A DNA stretch of 64,000 nt from Syntrophales bacterium (lineage in GTDB: Bacteria > Desulfobacterota > Syntrophia > Syntrophales > UBA2185). The stretch covers positions 62,818-126,817 of the forward strand of contig JBKQQP010000053.1 of assembly GCA_052144335.1 (NCBI GenBank), given 5' to 3'. A program made the translations under genes and the position numbers. Within the stretch, counting starts at the first letter, position 1, and every line of letters begins with the position of its first letter. Shown one piece after another: positions 15,201 to 23,010 of the stretch. The notes under the pieces were generated by a model. It was given only the letters and a program-made list of their open reading frames with translations, was not told the origin of the DNA and searched no databases.

Positions 15201-17663
15201 AAGTTCGTCGTCAATGACCCGGAAACTCGCTTCCAGTCCAGGGATGCTCACGAAAGCCATGTCAGAGGAACTGATGAGCGACTTCAGCAATGAGAGGGCC
15301 TTCTCGATCTGAGGGTCAGCGTTATTCTTCATCAAAATATCCAGGACGGAAGCCAGGTCGTGCGGAATAGAAGACACACGGGAATCCGTCTGTGAAGACG
15401 CTGAGTGAAATTCCTGCGGCACTTCTTCCCGCGTGAAGTCGGGGAATATCTTCCGTATTTCTTCAATCCTTTCGACGATGAGATCTCTAACCCGCTGGGA
15501 CTGTTCCTGGGTATCTATAAACGCGTATTTCAGGCTCCTTCCGAACGCTTCTCTTGCCTGATAGCCCCGGTTCATCAAGAACCCCATGAGCTCCGACGCC
15601 CTCTTTAGATGTCTCACATTGAAGATCGGGATATTCTGCTTCAGGCAAAGATAGAGAGACGCCAGGAGTTCTGACAAATCCGCGGGCAGGGACGAAGCGG
15701 TATCTTCTTTCTCTATATGGGCCTCATGCCGGGGCGTCAGAAAACTGTCCCAGTATGCATCTTGCGTGACAAGTTTTTCCTCCAGTATGCCTGAGAGGAC
15801 GGACGGCAGTTCTTCCACTGCGTCAATCTGCATGCCGCTGGCGTATCTCTTTATCACCTCCGTTACCTCTTCACCCAAACCCACACCGAGCACCTCTATC
15901 TTTTGATCCAGAGCCTCTTTCTGAAGCTCGGCAAATGTCTTACCGGTTGTATTCACGTTTCCTTCTCCGTCCGTCACCATGATGATCCACCTAGATGACT
16001 CCTCGGGTTGATCTTTCAATATATTCGTCGCTAACTGTAGAGCATCCGCATCGGCGGTGGAGCCTCCCGGTATGCACAGGGAGACCTCATCGAACAATAC
16101 CCGCCTGCCTGCCGTATCCAGCTTCACGCCCAACTCTTTGTGCATTATGGGGCTGTCGGAGAACCCGATTACCCCGTAATCGATACCGATATGATCGAGA
16201 GCCTCCATGAAGACGAGAAGCCCTGCGAGGGCAAATGTCCTTTTGGGTTCGTCCATGGAACCCGATTCATCGAGGGCGAGGATTATTTTGTGGTCTCTCT
16301 GGGTAGGGAGTCTCCTCTTCAGGAAGACCCGCAAATCTTTATCCTGCACCGGAATACCCTCGCTCAATTTCCGGGAAAGCTCCATGGCCCTCCGTAAATC
16401 CGGCTTTTGGCCGGAAGGGAAATAGCCCTTGAAGGAAGGCCTTCTATTTTTCGCGAAGTGATTTTCCAAAATGCCACTTAAGGCGTGGACCAAGGTCGAG
16501 ATCAACCTGTAAACCCTCTCGTACTCGCCTATCTTCGCATCCTGTTCGCGGTCTATTTTTCGCTGCTTCTTGATGAGGTCGCGGAGAGTCTCTATGGGCA
16601 ATGGGGTCGTTCTTTCACCGGAGGCTTTGCCGCCTTCACGGCGCGCTTTTGTTTCTTCCGGGGTCTCCTTCCTGTATTCCTCCGTTTTCCTCGTCTGCTG
16701 CTTATCCGTCTTCGATGATAACTTGTCCGCCAGCTCCCTGGCTTTTAACTCCAATAATTTTCTCGCCTCTTCCTCGATCTCATCCGGGCTCAACTCCTCC
16801 GGGGCGCATTTTTTCTCCTTGACTTGGAGCTGGCCGTCTTTTATGGCCTCCGCCAGCTTAGCAATCGCCAGTCTAACGAGGATTTCATACTCCGGGAGAA
16901 TATTGTCCCTCACCATCAGGGCAGTTTCTTCTGCGAACCTCAGCTTCTCATTTTCGGAGACCGGCCCGGGAGGACAGTGATTGAAGATCACCGCAAAATT
17001 TCCGTGCGTCCGCAGAAGGGCGGCGCCTACTTCCGGATTCATCAATTGGGACGGAAGGTGGCCATACAGCCAGTAATAGCGCATACCCAGCAAGTATTCC
17101 AGGTGCGGATACAGAACATACGGATGGCAGGATGTGCTCGCCCTTTCGGAGATTTCACCCTTCAGATGATCGACATACGACGATCTGGACAAATCCCGGG
17201 GAAGCATTTCGGCGTAGGCAATATTCAGGTAGTGTTTGATCCCTTTGAAAACGCTTATCAGCCAGTTATCGACACGGCTGTCTTCGAAGGCATTCAAGAG
17301 AAGCCTGGTGGATTCCGTGGCGGAGAATGTCTTAAAGACCGCCTTCCTCAAGTTCCGGCGGGATATTTGCCTGTGTCCCGTCTCGTGAGCGCAAAAGGCG
17401 ATGACCTCTTCCACTGAAGAGGATAATAACAATCCTACGGGAAACACAATTTCATTGGTCTCGCTGTTATATCTCCAATTGCTGCCGGGGGCAATTTTCA
17501 GGTGAATATCCTCTCCCAGTCCCGTGGAGATAATCTGCATGAGCGTGAGCAGGCGCTCGTCGATTACCAGCGTTTCTCCCTCGTCAAGTCCTTTCCTGCG
17601 GATCAGTTCTTCTACACACCGCGCCCGCAAACGGCCTTCTTCTGTTTCTGATTTGCCTTTCAT
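12246..17663 (-). CDS. giant multidomain protein: zincin-like (DUF2201_N-type) + vWA/MIDAS + 10 HEAT-like repeats + 2 x AAA_5 (MoxR/midasin-type) ATPase
   Basis: A single open frame runs 12246-17825 (1,859 aa in the ORF track). I place the start at the ATG at 17663 (MKGKSETEEG...) because the first 54 codons look like non-coding read-through. No good SD is present, so the start is uncertain. Domain motifs are listed in the sub-features. Confidence 0.8.
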   Translation of the reverse strand: MKGKSETEEGRLRARCVEELIRRKGLDEGETLVIDERLLTLMQIISTGLGEDIHLKIAPGSNWRYNSETNEIVFPVGLLLSSSVEEVIAFCAHETGHRQISRRNLRKAVFKTFSATESTRLLLNAFEDSRVDNWLISVFKGIKHYLNIAYAEMLPRDLSRSSYVDHLKGEISERASTSCHPYVLYPHLEYLLGMRYYWLYGHLPSQLMNPEVGAALLRTHGNFAVIFNHCPPGPVSENEKLRFAEETALMVRDNILPEYEILVRLAIAKLAEAIKDGQLQVKEKKCAPEELSPDEIEEEARKLLELKARELADKLSSKTDKQQTRKTEEYRKETPEETKARREGGKASGERTTPLPIETLRDLIKKQRKIDREQDAKIGEYERVYRLISTLVHALSGILENHFAKNRRPSFKGYFPSGQKPDLRRAMELSRKLSEGIPVQDKDLRVFLKRRLPTQRDHKIILALDESGSMDEPKRTFALAGLLVFMEALDHIGIDYGVIGFSDSPIMHKELGVKLDTAGRRVLFDEVSLCIPGGSTADADALQLATNILKDQPEESSRWIIMVTDGEGNVNTTGKTFAELQKEALDQKIEVLGVGLGEEVTEVIKRYASGMQIDAVEELPSVLSGILEEKLVTQDAYWDSFLTPRHEAHIEKEDTASSLPADLSELLASLYLCLKQNIPIFNVRHLKRASELMGFLMNRGYQAREAFGRSLKYAFIDTQEQSQRVRDLIVERIEEIRKIFPDFTREEVPQEFHSASSQTDSRVSSIPHDLASVLDILMKNNADPQIEKALSLLKSLISSSDMAFVSIPGLEASFRVIDDELLKEIAIEELEKKLEDKSWAVRQPAASALGRVYLALIKQGKDVDLSLLEEMLKDEDPSVCRAAAQALSRIWYYYYRKGKITLGTLEHRLRDENWAVRQAAARALGRIYPPLMEQGMNVNIGKLEEGLWNKNWFVRQAEAEALGQTYGALIRKGIEINLEGLEERLKDKNILTRQTVAVALGQVYPPLIKRGRDVNLGKLAERLDDDDWSVRQAAAVALGRIWFHSYYHGRMALKDLEKRLEDPSWPVRQATCQALGQIYPGLIGRGKNVNLGNLEDRLRDADVDRSVCQAAAQALGRIWPRSYHRKKVTSKELEASLKDENWFVHQAAALALVQIQHALIRRGNDVELNKLEKRLKDKIWSVRQAAARAAIRIFSDIISGREKEFIKALASFNEMLGEPMRNTIAGTHAGQVQIGEQSLTVGDLLLKRAEQRYDIPACVMTESGYHILETLCIGYLLRHSVLLLGPTSTGKSFLIKWLAHVLGYEHLSYSINPYTSKFEIIGGIKPDREGRFIWQDGILLNAARDGLWLTLEEINLASSEVVEIMNDYLITGRISYSANGEQRELYPHPDFRLFATGNPESYSQRQKLSEVFLSRFKILYQKELSEEELSQILSSLFEITSASALPIARFHTTLQNQADSRIIGKAEKDPYIFTLRDVIRLGRRLEPLLANRSADKEYFKKFFLEFFSVYIGRLRDSSEREAVVSLLDAHFGFRAEGLDLKEVLMSASLDLDSLLAALTASKGDALIPRHDAAIVPTPTQNMILYLLLKALINNEPLLVAGNPASGKTTLIRYLAGQKETDLYYVNLSSDTGLEELLGGYTQDKKGKWHYRKGLLFMAMEKGSWLLIDEANLSPLSEYLNTLLDFGYVIDGEENVCHAHPNFRIFLSMNPPSVHQSRNLLSPALRSRFTEVWVEELTNLGELAGLVDTWSNALGEAPASHKKSKGKKRRDARDEKISDDKKPTKTGAKKEGEGFASDKRFTHYSM
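12456..12878 (-). other. AAA_5 (MoxR/dynein-related) ATPase module 2
   Basis: Walker A LLVAGNPASGKTTL, Walker B SWLLIDEANL, and FLSMNP...LSPALRSRFTEVWVEEL (midasin-like sensor motif). Confidence 0.8.
13401..13823 (-). other. AAA_5 (MoxR/dynein-related) ATPase module 1
   Basis: Walker A LLLGPTSTGKSF (nt 13788-13811), Walker B-like LWLTLEEINL (EE instead of DE), and FATGNP...VFLSRFKILY. Confidence 0.75.
14076..15176 (-). repeat. ten tandem ~37-aa HEAT/PBS-lyase-like repeats (intragenic, ~111-nt period)
   Basis: Repeat cores: DKSWAVRQPAASALGRVY, DEDPSVCRAAAQALSRIW, DENWAVRQAAARALGRIY, NKNWFVRQAEAEALGQTY, DKNILTRQTVAVALGQVY, DDDWSVRQAAAVALGRIW, DPSWPVRQATCQALGQIY, DVDRSVCQAAAQALGRIW, DENWFVHQAAALALVQI, DKIWSVRQAAARAAIRIF. 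Confidence 0.85.
15756..16289 (-). other. von Willebrand factor A domain with complete MIDAS motif
   Basis: KIILALDESGSM (DxSxS at nt 16257-16271), GGSTADADALQLA, and WIIMVTDGEGN. Confidence 0.8.
17196..17558 (-). other. zincin-like putative metallopeptidase module (HExxH)
   Basis: FCAHETGHRQ (HETGH at nt 17373-17387) followed by LLLNAFEDSRVDNWL. This is the HExxH ... A-x-D-x-x-(V/I)-N pattern I associate with DUF2201_N domains of MoxR-partner proteins. Confidence 0.5.
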
Positions 17664-17945
17664 AGCTGTAGTTGTCTTCAAAAAATAGTTTTCATTCCTG
17701 CGCGCAAGAATCCGAAAAGGGAAGCATAGAAGAAAACGGGTGGGTGTGTCAATGGGAAAAGGGCCATCGAATTGTCTCGTAGAAAGAGAAGCTGGATAAA
17801 CCACACAAAGAAACACACCCATCATCCATTCCCTGATCCGAAATTCAGGTTTTTTAAAACTGGATTTTATGAATTCTACGATGGATGAAATTTCTCATCA
17901 GCCTTAGATTTTGCTTGTAATTTGAAAATACCAAGGGGGAACAAA

Positions 17946-18236
17946 ATGGCATATTACGAAAGAGTTAAACCGTTCGACACATTTCTCAATGACATTACGA
18001 GGGAATTTGAAAGCGGGAGGGATAGAGGCCGCGACAGAGAACTAGATGAAATGATCTGGGAACTCGGCGATTATGAAAACGAGGAGCCTCTGATGGAGGT
18101 CCTTGAATTCGGGGAAGAAGCGCCAGTCGAAGAAGAACTTTCGGAAAAGAAGCTTCGCCCCTCCCACGGGAAGACGCCTTTCAAGCATGTCAAAAAAAAC
18201 GGGCGCAAGAGAGCCGCTGCGGGTGCAGCACGGTGA
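17946..18236 (+). CDS. hypothetical small charged protein (acidic centre, basic tail)
   Basis: The ATG at 17946 has AAGGGGG 7 nt upstream; the ORF track starts at a TTG at 17922. Sequence is MAYYERVKPFDTFLNDITREFESGRDRGRDRELDEMIWELGDYENEEPLMEVLEFGEEAPVEEE...KHVKKNGRKRAAAGAAR. I recognise no family. Confidence 0.4.
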   Translation: MAYYERVKPFDTFLNDITREFESGRDRGRDRELDEMIWELGDYENEEPLMEVLEFGEEAPVEEELSEKKLRPSHGKTPFKHVKKNGRKRAAAGAAR

Positions 18237-18421
18237 TTAGTATTCTAATCGAAATAATGCATGCATGGAAAGGCCGCTGGCCCTTATCGCGCCGGCGGCC
18301 TTGCAATTTACGAAACCTTAATGCCTGTGATGGGCGCGTTACTTCTTCACATTGACGGCGTGCTCCCCCTTTCCTAACGGAGTTTTTTGACAAAATAGTG
18401 CAGGACATTGGCCCTGCTAAT

Positions 18422-18485
18422 ACAGAGCACCTAAAGGTACGCACTACATCTAATACGGCACAGCAAACCTGAAGGTCTGCACTAC
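18422..18485 (+). repeat. two tandem copies (one degenerate) of a REP-like hairpin element
   Basis: ACAGAGCACCTAAAGGTACGCACTAC (18422-18447) and ACAGCAAACCTGAAGGTCTGCACTAC (18460-18485). This is the same unit as at 23662-23702 and 24639-24679. Confidence 0.7.
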
Positions 18486-18490
18486 ATTCT

Positions 18491-18556
18491 GTCATTCCCA
18501 CGAAAGTAGGAATCCAGGATTCAAAGAACTAGACTTCCGCCTCCGCGGGAGTGACA
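18491..18556. repeat. composite palindromic element
   Basis: The termini GTCATTCCC (18491-18499) and GGGAGTGAC (18548-18556) are 8/9 inverted repeats. Internal small hairpins are ATTCC...GGAAT and CTCC-GCG-GGAG. Confidence 0.5.
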
Positions 18557-18562
18557 CACTAA

Positions 18563-19672
18563 CTATTTCAGCACTGCCTTCAGCGCGGCAAGAAACCTTA
18601 CAACGTTTTCTTTTCTCGCTGTGTGCCCCATTAGCCCGACGCGCCATATCTTTCCCGCAAGCGGTCCGAGGCCGGCGCCGATCTCAATCTTAAATTCGCT
18701 TCGCAGGCGCTTCCTGACGGCTAGTTCATCCACGCCATCAGGTACACACACGGCATTCAACATCGGCAGTCGATAAGGCTCCTCCACGAGCATCTTCAGT
18801 CCCATATTCTTCAACCCATCCACGAGGGCACGGTGGCTTTCCATGTGCCGCTGGAATACCTTTTCCGGCTTTTCCTCAAAGATGACAAAGAGGGCCTCGT
18901 ACAGACCATAGATCATGTTCACGGGAGCCGTATGATGATAGACTCGATTCTTCCCCCAATAGTTTGCAATAAGCGTAATATCGAGATACCAATTGGGCAC
19001 CTTCGTCTTGCGCCCGTTCAGCTTGGCCATCGCTTTGTCTGAAAATGAAAGGGGCGCAAGTCCCGGCGGGCAGGAGAGACATTTCTGCGTGCCGCTGTAA
19101 AGTGCGTCTATGTTCCAGTCGTCCATCATGACTTTGGTGCCGCCCAGACTGGTGACTGTATCCACCAGGTAGATGGTATCACTGCCCTTAAGGAGAGCGC
19201 CGATTTCGGCAACTGGATTTTTCACTCCTGTGGATGTCTCGGCATGGACCACTGCGATTATCTCGTAGGAATCCTCCTTGATCTTTTTCTCCACTGCCTC
19301 GGGCACAACCGGGGTTCCCCAGGCAAACTCAAGCGCGTCAACCTTCGCGCCAAGCCGACCCGCTACGTCCTGCATCCGTACGCCGAAGACGCCGTTGGCA
19401 ATGATGAGAACCTTGTCACCCGGTTCTACCAGATTTACGAAGCATGCCTCCATGCCGGCAGAACCCGTTCCCGATATGGGGATTGTAAGATTGTTTTTGG
19501 TGTTCATGATACGACGCAGCATTTCCTTGACTTCTTCCATGATGTCCAAGAAATAGGGATCCAGATGTCCCAGGGTTTTGCGGCTCAGGGCCGCATAAAC
19601 CTGAGGAGGCACACAGGAGGGGCCGGGACCCATCAGCAGGATTTCGTCGACATTTTCCAATAGATTGTTCAT
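18563..19672 (-). CDS. class V PLP aminotransferase (alanine-glyoxylate / serine-pyruvate type)
   Basis: 369 aa with LLMGPGPS..., ISGTGSAGMEA, and the PLP-Lys context YSGTQKCLSCPPG. Confidence 0.85.
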   Translation of the reverse strand: MNNLLENVDEILLMGPGPSCVPPQVYAALSRKTLGHLDPYFLDIMEEVKEMLRRIMNTKNNLTIPISGTGSAGMEACFVNLVEPGDKVLIIANGVFGVRMQDVAGRLGAKVDALEFAWGTPVVPEAVEKKIKEDSYEIIAVVHAETSTGVKNPVAEIGALLKGSDTIYLVDTVTSLGGTKVMMDDWNIDALYSGTQKCLSCPPGLAPLSFSDKAMAKLNGRKTKVPNWYLDITLIANYWGKNRVYHHTAPVNMIYGLYEALFVIFEEKPEKVFQRHMESHRALVDGLKNMGLKMLVEEPYRLPMLNAVCVPDGVDELAVRKRLRSEFKIEIGAGLGPLAGKIWRVGLMGHTARKENVVRFLAALKAVLK

Positions 19673-19960
19673 ATCATTTTTCTCCTCGATATAGATAATT
19701 TCGTTAAGGTTTCCTATGCCATCTTAATCGCACAGATTTTATAAATTTTCAATAACAGTCAGAAGGAAAAAAATCAATACCGCAGGGAAGTTAACCATTC
19801 CGAAAGGAACTCTTGCAAAGCGCACCGTGGTTATGTATGTATGAAATAAAATTGAGATTGTTTAATATATATTAGCATTCAATCAGCTGCTTTATCTGAG
19901 TCTTTTCGTCTTACGAAATTTTTGGGAATCTAATCATTCGCTTTCTTAGAGGAGGTCATT

Positions 19961-21823
19961 ATGAGCAACTTATTGGTGAACACGAGAGATCAGCAATTCG
20001 TCCTTCATGAACAGCTCGGCATAGAGAATATTTTCAAGGCTAAGTATGCGGATTATGCGAAAGAGCTGGTGGACATGATGCTTTCCCAAGCGGAGAGGCT
20101 GGCGATTGACGTCATCCTGCCGACATATGTGGACGGCGACAGGGAAGGGTGCACGTTCAAGGACGGAAAGGTTTCCGTGCCGAAGAGCTTCCACGCCGCA
20201 TACAAGAAGTTTGTCGGAGCCGGCTGGCAGTGCGCGATTAAAGACCCAGAGGTGGGCGGACAGGGAATGCCGATAAGCGTTTCCACCGCATGCTTTGAAC
20301 TTTTTCAGGCCGCAAACTACCCCCTCCTCATGTACCCGCTCCTTACGACCGGGGCCGCCTCGCTCATCGAACGTTTCGGCACGGAGGAGCAGAAGAACAA
20401 ATACATGTACAAGATGTTTGCCGGCGAGTGGGGCGGGACTATGTGCCTGACCGAGTCCGGAGCCGGGACTGACGTTGGCGCCCTGAAGACAACGGCAAAG
20501 AAATTGCCCGACGGAAGATACAGCATTACAGGGACCAAGATCTTCATCTCCGGCGGAGACCACGACCTCTGCCAGAATATCGTCCATCCCGTTCTTGCGA
20601 GGATCGAAGGGGATGTGCCGGGAACGAAGGGCATCTCCATCTTCATCGTCCCCAAGTACCGCGTCAACGACGACGGGAGTATGGGCGAATTCAATGACGT
20701 CCGCACGGGAAACATCGAACACAAGATGGGCATCAAGGGCTCCGCCACCTGCACCATCAATTTCGGCGACGACGGGAAATGCATAGGCGAGCTCCTCGGA
20801 AAAGAGAGGGCGGGCATGGCAATCATGTTCCAGATGATGAACGACGCCAGGCTTGAAGTGGGCATACAGGCGCTGGGCGTTGCGACGGCTGCCTATGAAC
20901 ATGCGGTGGCATATGCGAAGGAAAGAATTCAGGGTGTCGCCATATGGGACATGAAAAATCCCGATGCAAAGCCCGTACCTATTATCCAGCATCCCGATGT
21001 CAAACGAACTCTCCTCTGGATGAAGGCCCATGTGGAAGGGATAAGGGTGCTGCTTTATTATACGGCCTATTGTTTCGATATGGCCGATATCTCCGAAACC
21101 AAGATAGAGAAATCAAAGTGGCAGGGATTGGCGGAACTCTTGATACCGATCTGTAAGGCCTATTCCTCGGACAAGGCCATGCAGGTCTGTTCGAAGGCTA
21201 TCGACGTATACGGCGGCTACGGTTACTGCAGCGAATATCCCGTTGAACAGTACATGCGAGACTGCAAGATCACGACCATCTATGAGGGAACGAATGCGGT
21301 TCAGGCCCTTGATCTTGTCGGGAGAAAGCTCGCGCAGAGAAGAGGCGAGTTCATGATGAGCCTGTACAGCGAGGTGTACAGTGTCATAACAAGGAGCAAG
21401 GGATTTGAAGATCTGACCGTGCCGTGCAACTACCTGGAAGAGTCCCTGAAGGCCTTCTCCGATCTGACTACACATTTTTACCGGCTAGGCAGGGGTGCAA
21501 GCTTCCTGATCCCCGTCCTTAATGCTTCTCCATACCTTGAGCTTTTTGGTGATGTTGCTGTTGGATCGCTCCTGATGCAGGCGGCTACGATCGCGAACGA
21601 AAAGTTGAACACCATCTATACGGAAAATGACGCAAAAGGATCAAAGGCAAGACAGAGAGCCCTTATCCATAAGAACAAGGACGTCGCCTTCTATAACGGG
21701 AAGATAGCCGCTGCAAAATTCTTCGCACTGAATATTCTTTCCACGGTCAAGGCCCGGTGCGAAGCGATAAAAGTCGGAGACAGGACCCCCATTGAAATGG
21801 CGGAGGAATTATTCACGATATAA
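19961..21823 (+). CDS. long-form acyl-CoA dehydrogenase (with C-terminal extension domain)
   Basis: 620 aa with MCLTESGAGTDVG and TIYEGTNAVQALDLVGRKL, plus about 170 aa of C-terminal helical extension. A GAGGAGG SD is present. Confidence 0.85.
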   Translation: MSNLLVNTRDQQFVLHEQLGIENIFKAKYADYAKELVDMMLSQAERLAIDVILPTYVDGDREGCTFKDGKVSVPKSFHAAYKKFVGAGWQCAIKDPEVGGQGMPISVSTACFELFQAANYPLLMYPLLTTGAASLIERFGTEEQKNKYMYKMFAGEWGGTMCLTESGAGTDVGALKTTAKKLPDGRYSITGTKIFISGGDHDLCQNIVHPVLARIEGDVPGTKGISIFIVPKYRVNDDGSMGEFNDVRTGNIEHKMGIKGSATCTINFGDDGKCIGELLGKERAGMAIMFQMMNDARLEVGIQALGVATAAYEHAVAYAKERIQGVAIWDMKNPDAKPVPIIQHPDVKRTLLWMKAHVEGIRVLLYYTAYCFDMADISETKIEKSKWQGLAELLIPICKAYSSDKAMQVCSKAIDVYGGYGYCSEYPVEQYMRDCKITTIYEGTNAVQALDLVGRKLAQRRGEFMMSLYSEVYSVITRSKGFEDLTVPCNYLEESLKAFSDLTTHFYRLGRGASFLIPVLNASPYLELFGDVAVGSLLMQAATIANEKLNTIYTENDAKGSKARQRALIHKNKDVAFYNGKIAAAKFFALNILSTVKARCEAIKVGDRTPIEMAEELFTI

Positions 21824-21996
21824 AGACGCCGTGTTGTACAGTCTATTGCAGCTTTCTGATCTCTCACGGTAGGGCATCCTTTCGCATGATGATTGAGTGA
21901 TTATTTCTTGCACCTACCAACTGTTTAGCAGTTGTGATTCATTCAAGCTAAGTATTACAGAAAGAAAGCCCTCTGCCATCTAATAGGCATTGCATC

Positions 21997-22869
21997 CTAT
22001 CCGAACTCAGGGCCGAGGGAGGCGCAAAGCAACTCTACTTGGCCAGCATACCCGTTCGTTCCACGGAACATCCTAGTTAAAGGACGTGAGAATTCGAAGC
22101 CGCGAGCTTTAAGCAGAGGAACTGCCCAGGGATTCATCCGCAGACAATCGATAAATATAAGTTCTCTCGACGATCGGAGTAAAAAAGAATTCAGCAGCCT
22201 CTCCGCCGCGTCTTCATTGCGAGCAACCCATGGCCCCATGTGATCGGCACGCGAACCCAGCCGACCGAAACTGTATCCGGTAATTTCCCCTTCTTGTTGA
22301 TCTACCAAAGTGAGGTGTTGTGCCTCTTGAGCAAGAGAACGGAGAAGTACGCTCCTATTGGCTCCGAATATTTTCCGGTCCATTCGCAGTACATCTTCTA
22401 TCGATACTGGCACATTCTTCGCCGCTTTCTCTTTTGCAGTGCGACTTAGCATCCAGCGCTCGATACCGTATTCGCTCATGAAGCCAAGTTTTTCATAAAG
22501 GGGTTTGCCCTGCGGTGTGGCATCGAGCTTTATGGTGGGGATCTTTTGCGAATCAAGGAAGTGTATTGCATGTTCGAGCAGAGCAGTTCCAATACCCTGA
22601 CCTCGATACTGTTCGTCAACGATTAGCATCCCAATCCACGAAAATCTGCCATCGTATGAGATTGTCGCAGACGTACCTATCACATTGTCATGACATTCCA
22701 TAACAAAGCACCCTTCAGGACTGGCCGATATAAATCGAGCCCAATCAGCAGTTGTCTGATTCCAACCGGCTGCTTCTTTCAATCGAATTACGGCGGGGAT
22801 GTCCTCAAAGGTCATCGTTCGCAATCTGAAATTCATCAGTTTAAGTCCCAGAGAGTTTCTTAATTTCAC
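21997..22869 (-). CDS. two-domain GNAT acetyltransferase
   Basis: 290 aa with VDEQYRGQGIGTALLEHAI and a second GNAT-like C-terminal half. The start may be one of the internal Met codons (MNFRL / MTFEDIP). Confidence 0.75.
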   Translation of the reverse strand: MKLRNSLGLKLMNFRLRTMTFEDIPAVIRLKEAAGWNQTTADWARFISASPEGCFVMECHDNVIGTSATISYDGRFSWIGMLIVDEQYRGQGIGTALLEHAIHFLDSQKIPTIKLDATPQGKPLYEKLGFMSEYGIERWMLSRTAKEKAAKNVPVSIEDVLRMDRKIFGANRSVLLRSLAQEAQHLTLVDQQEGEITGYSFGRLGSRADHMGPWVARNEDAAERLLNSFLLRSSRELIFIDCLRMNPWAVPLLKARGFEFSRPLTRMFRGTNGYAGQVELLCASLGPEFG

Positions 22870-23010
22870 ATATTCTACAATTATTTATTTCATCGTTCAA
22901 TATTAAGCCATCTTTTCGTACCTTGGTGACGAACAATTGCAATCGTAATGTTGCATGCCGCAAATCATTTGAGAAAACAACATTACAAGGAAGGTTAGAT
23001 TAGAAACTTT

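Noticed and set aside
17664-17825. N-terminal 54 codons of the giant ORF as given in the ORF track (MMGVFLCVVYPASLSTRQFDGPFPIDTPTRFLLCFPFRILARRNENYFLKTTTA).
   Set aside because: The sequence is compositionally odd and looks like read-through of the upstream region. The first convincing protein-like sequence begins at MKGKSETEEG (ATG 17663). The start remains uncertain because no good SD precedes either codon.
18190-18501. 103-aa minus-strand ORF spanning the 18.2-18.5 kb intergenic region.
   Set aside because: It runs straight through the hairpin and REP-like repeats and is Cys/Arg-rich junk. This is a typical spurious ORF created by repeat elements.
19863-19874. Perfect 12-nt palindrome TAATATATATTA between a promoter-like TTGCAA-17-TATGTA and the long ACAD gene, considered as a possible operator.
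   Set aside because: It is an A/T-only palindrome in an AT-rich spacer and is expected by chance. No second half-site or adjacent regulator gene supports it.
19970-21031. Long antisense ORFs inside well-supported genes. These are the 353 aa opposite the long ACAD, plus 27680-28450 opposite the methyltransferase, 49609-50412 opposite ilvD, 10700-11314 opposite the GNAT/thioesterase genes, 16824-17417 and 16570-16980 opposite the giant ORF, and 33450-34013 opposite cspA.
   Set aside because: They have typical shadow-frame composition (Arg/Ser/Pro/Gly-rich), no recognisable motifs and no SD. Each overlaps a gene with strong family motifs.
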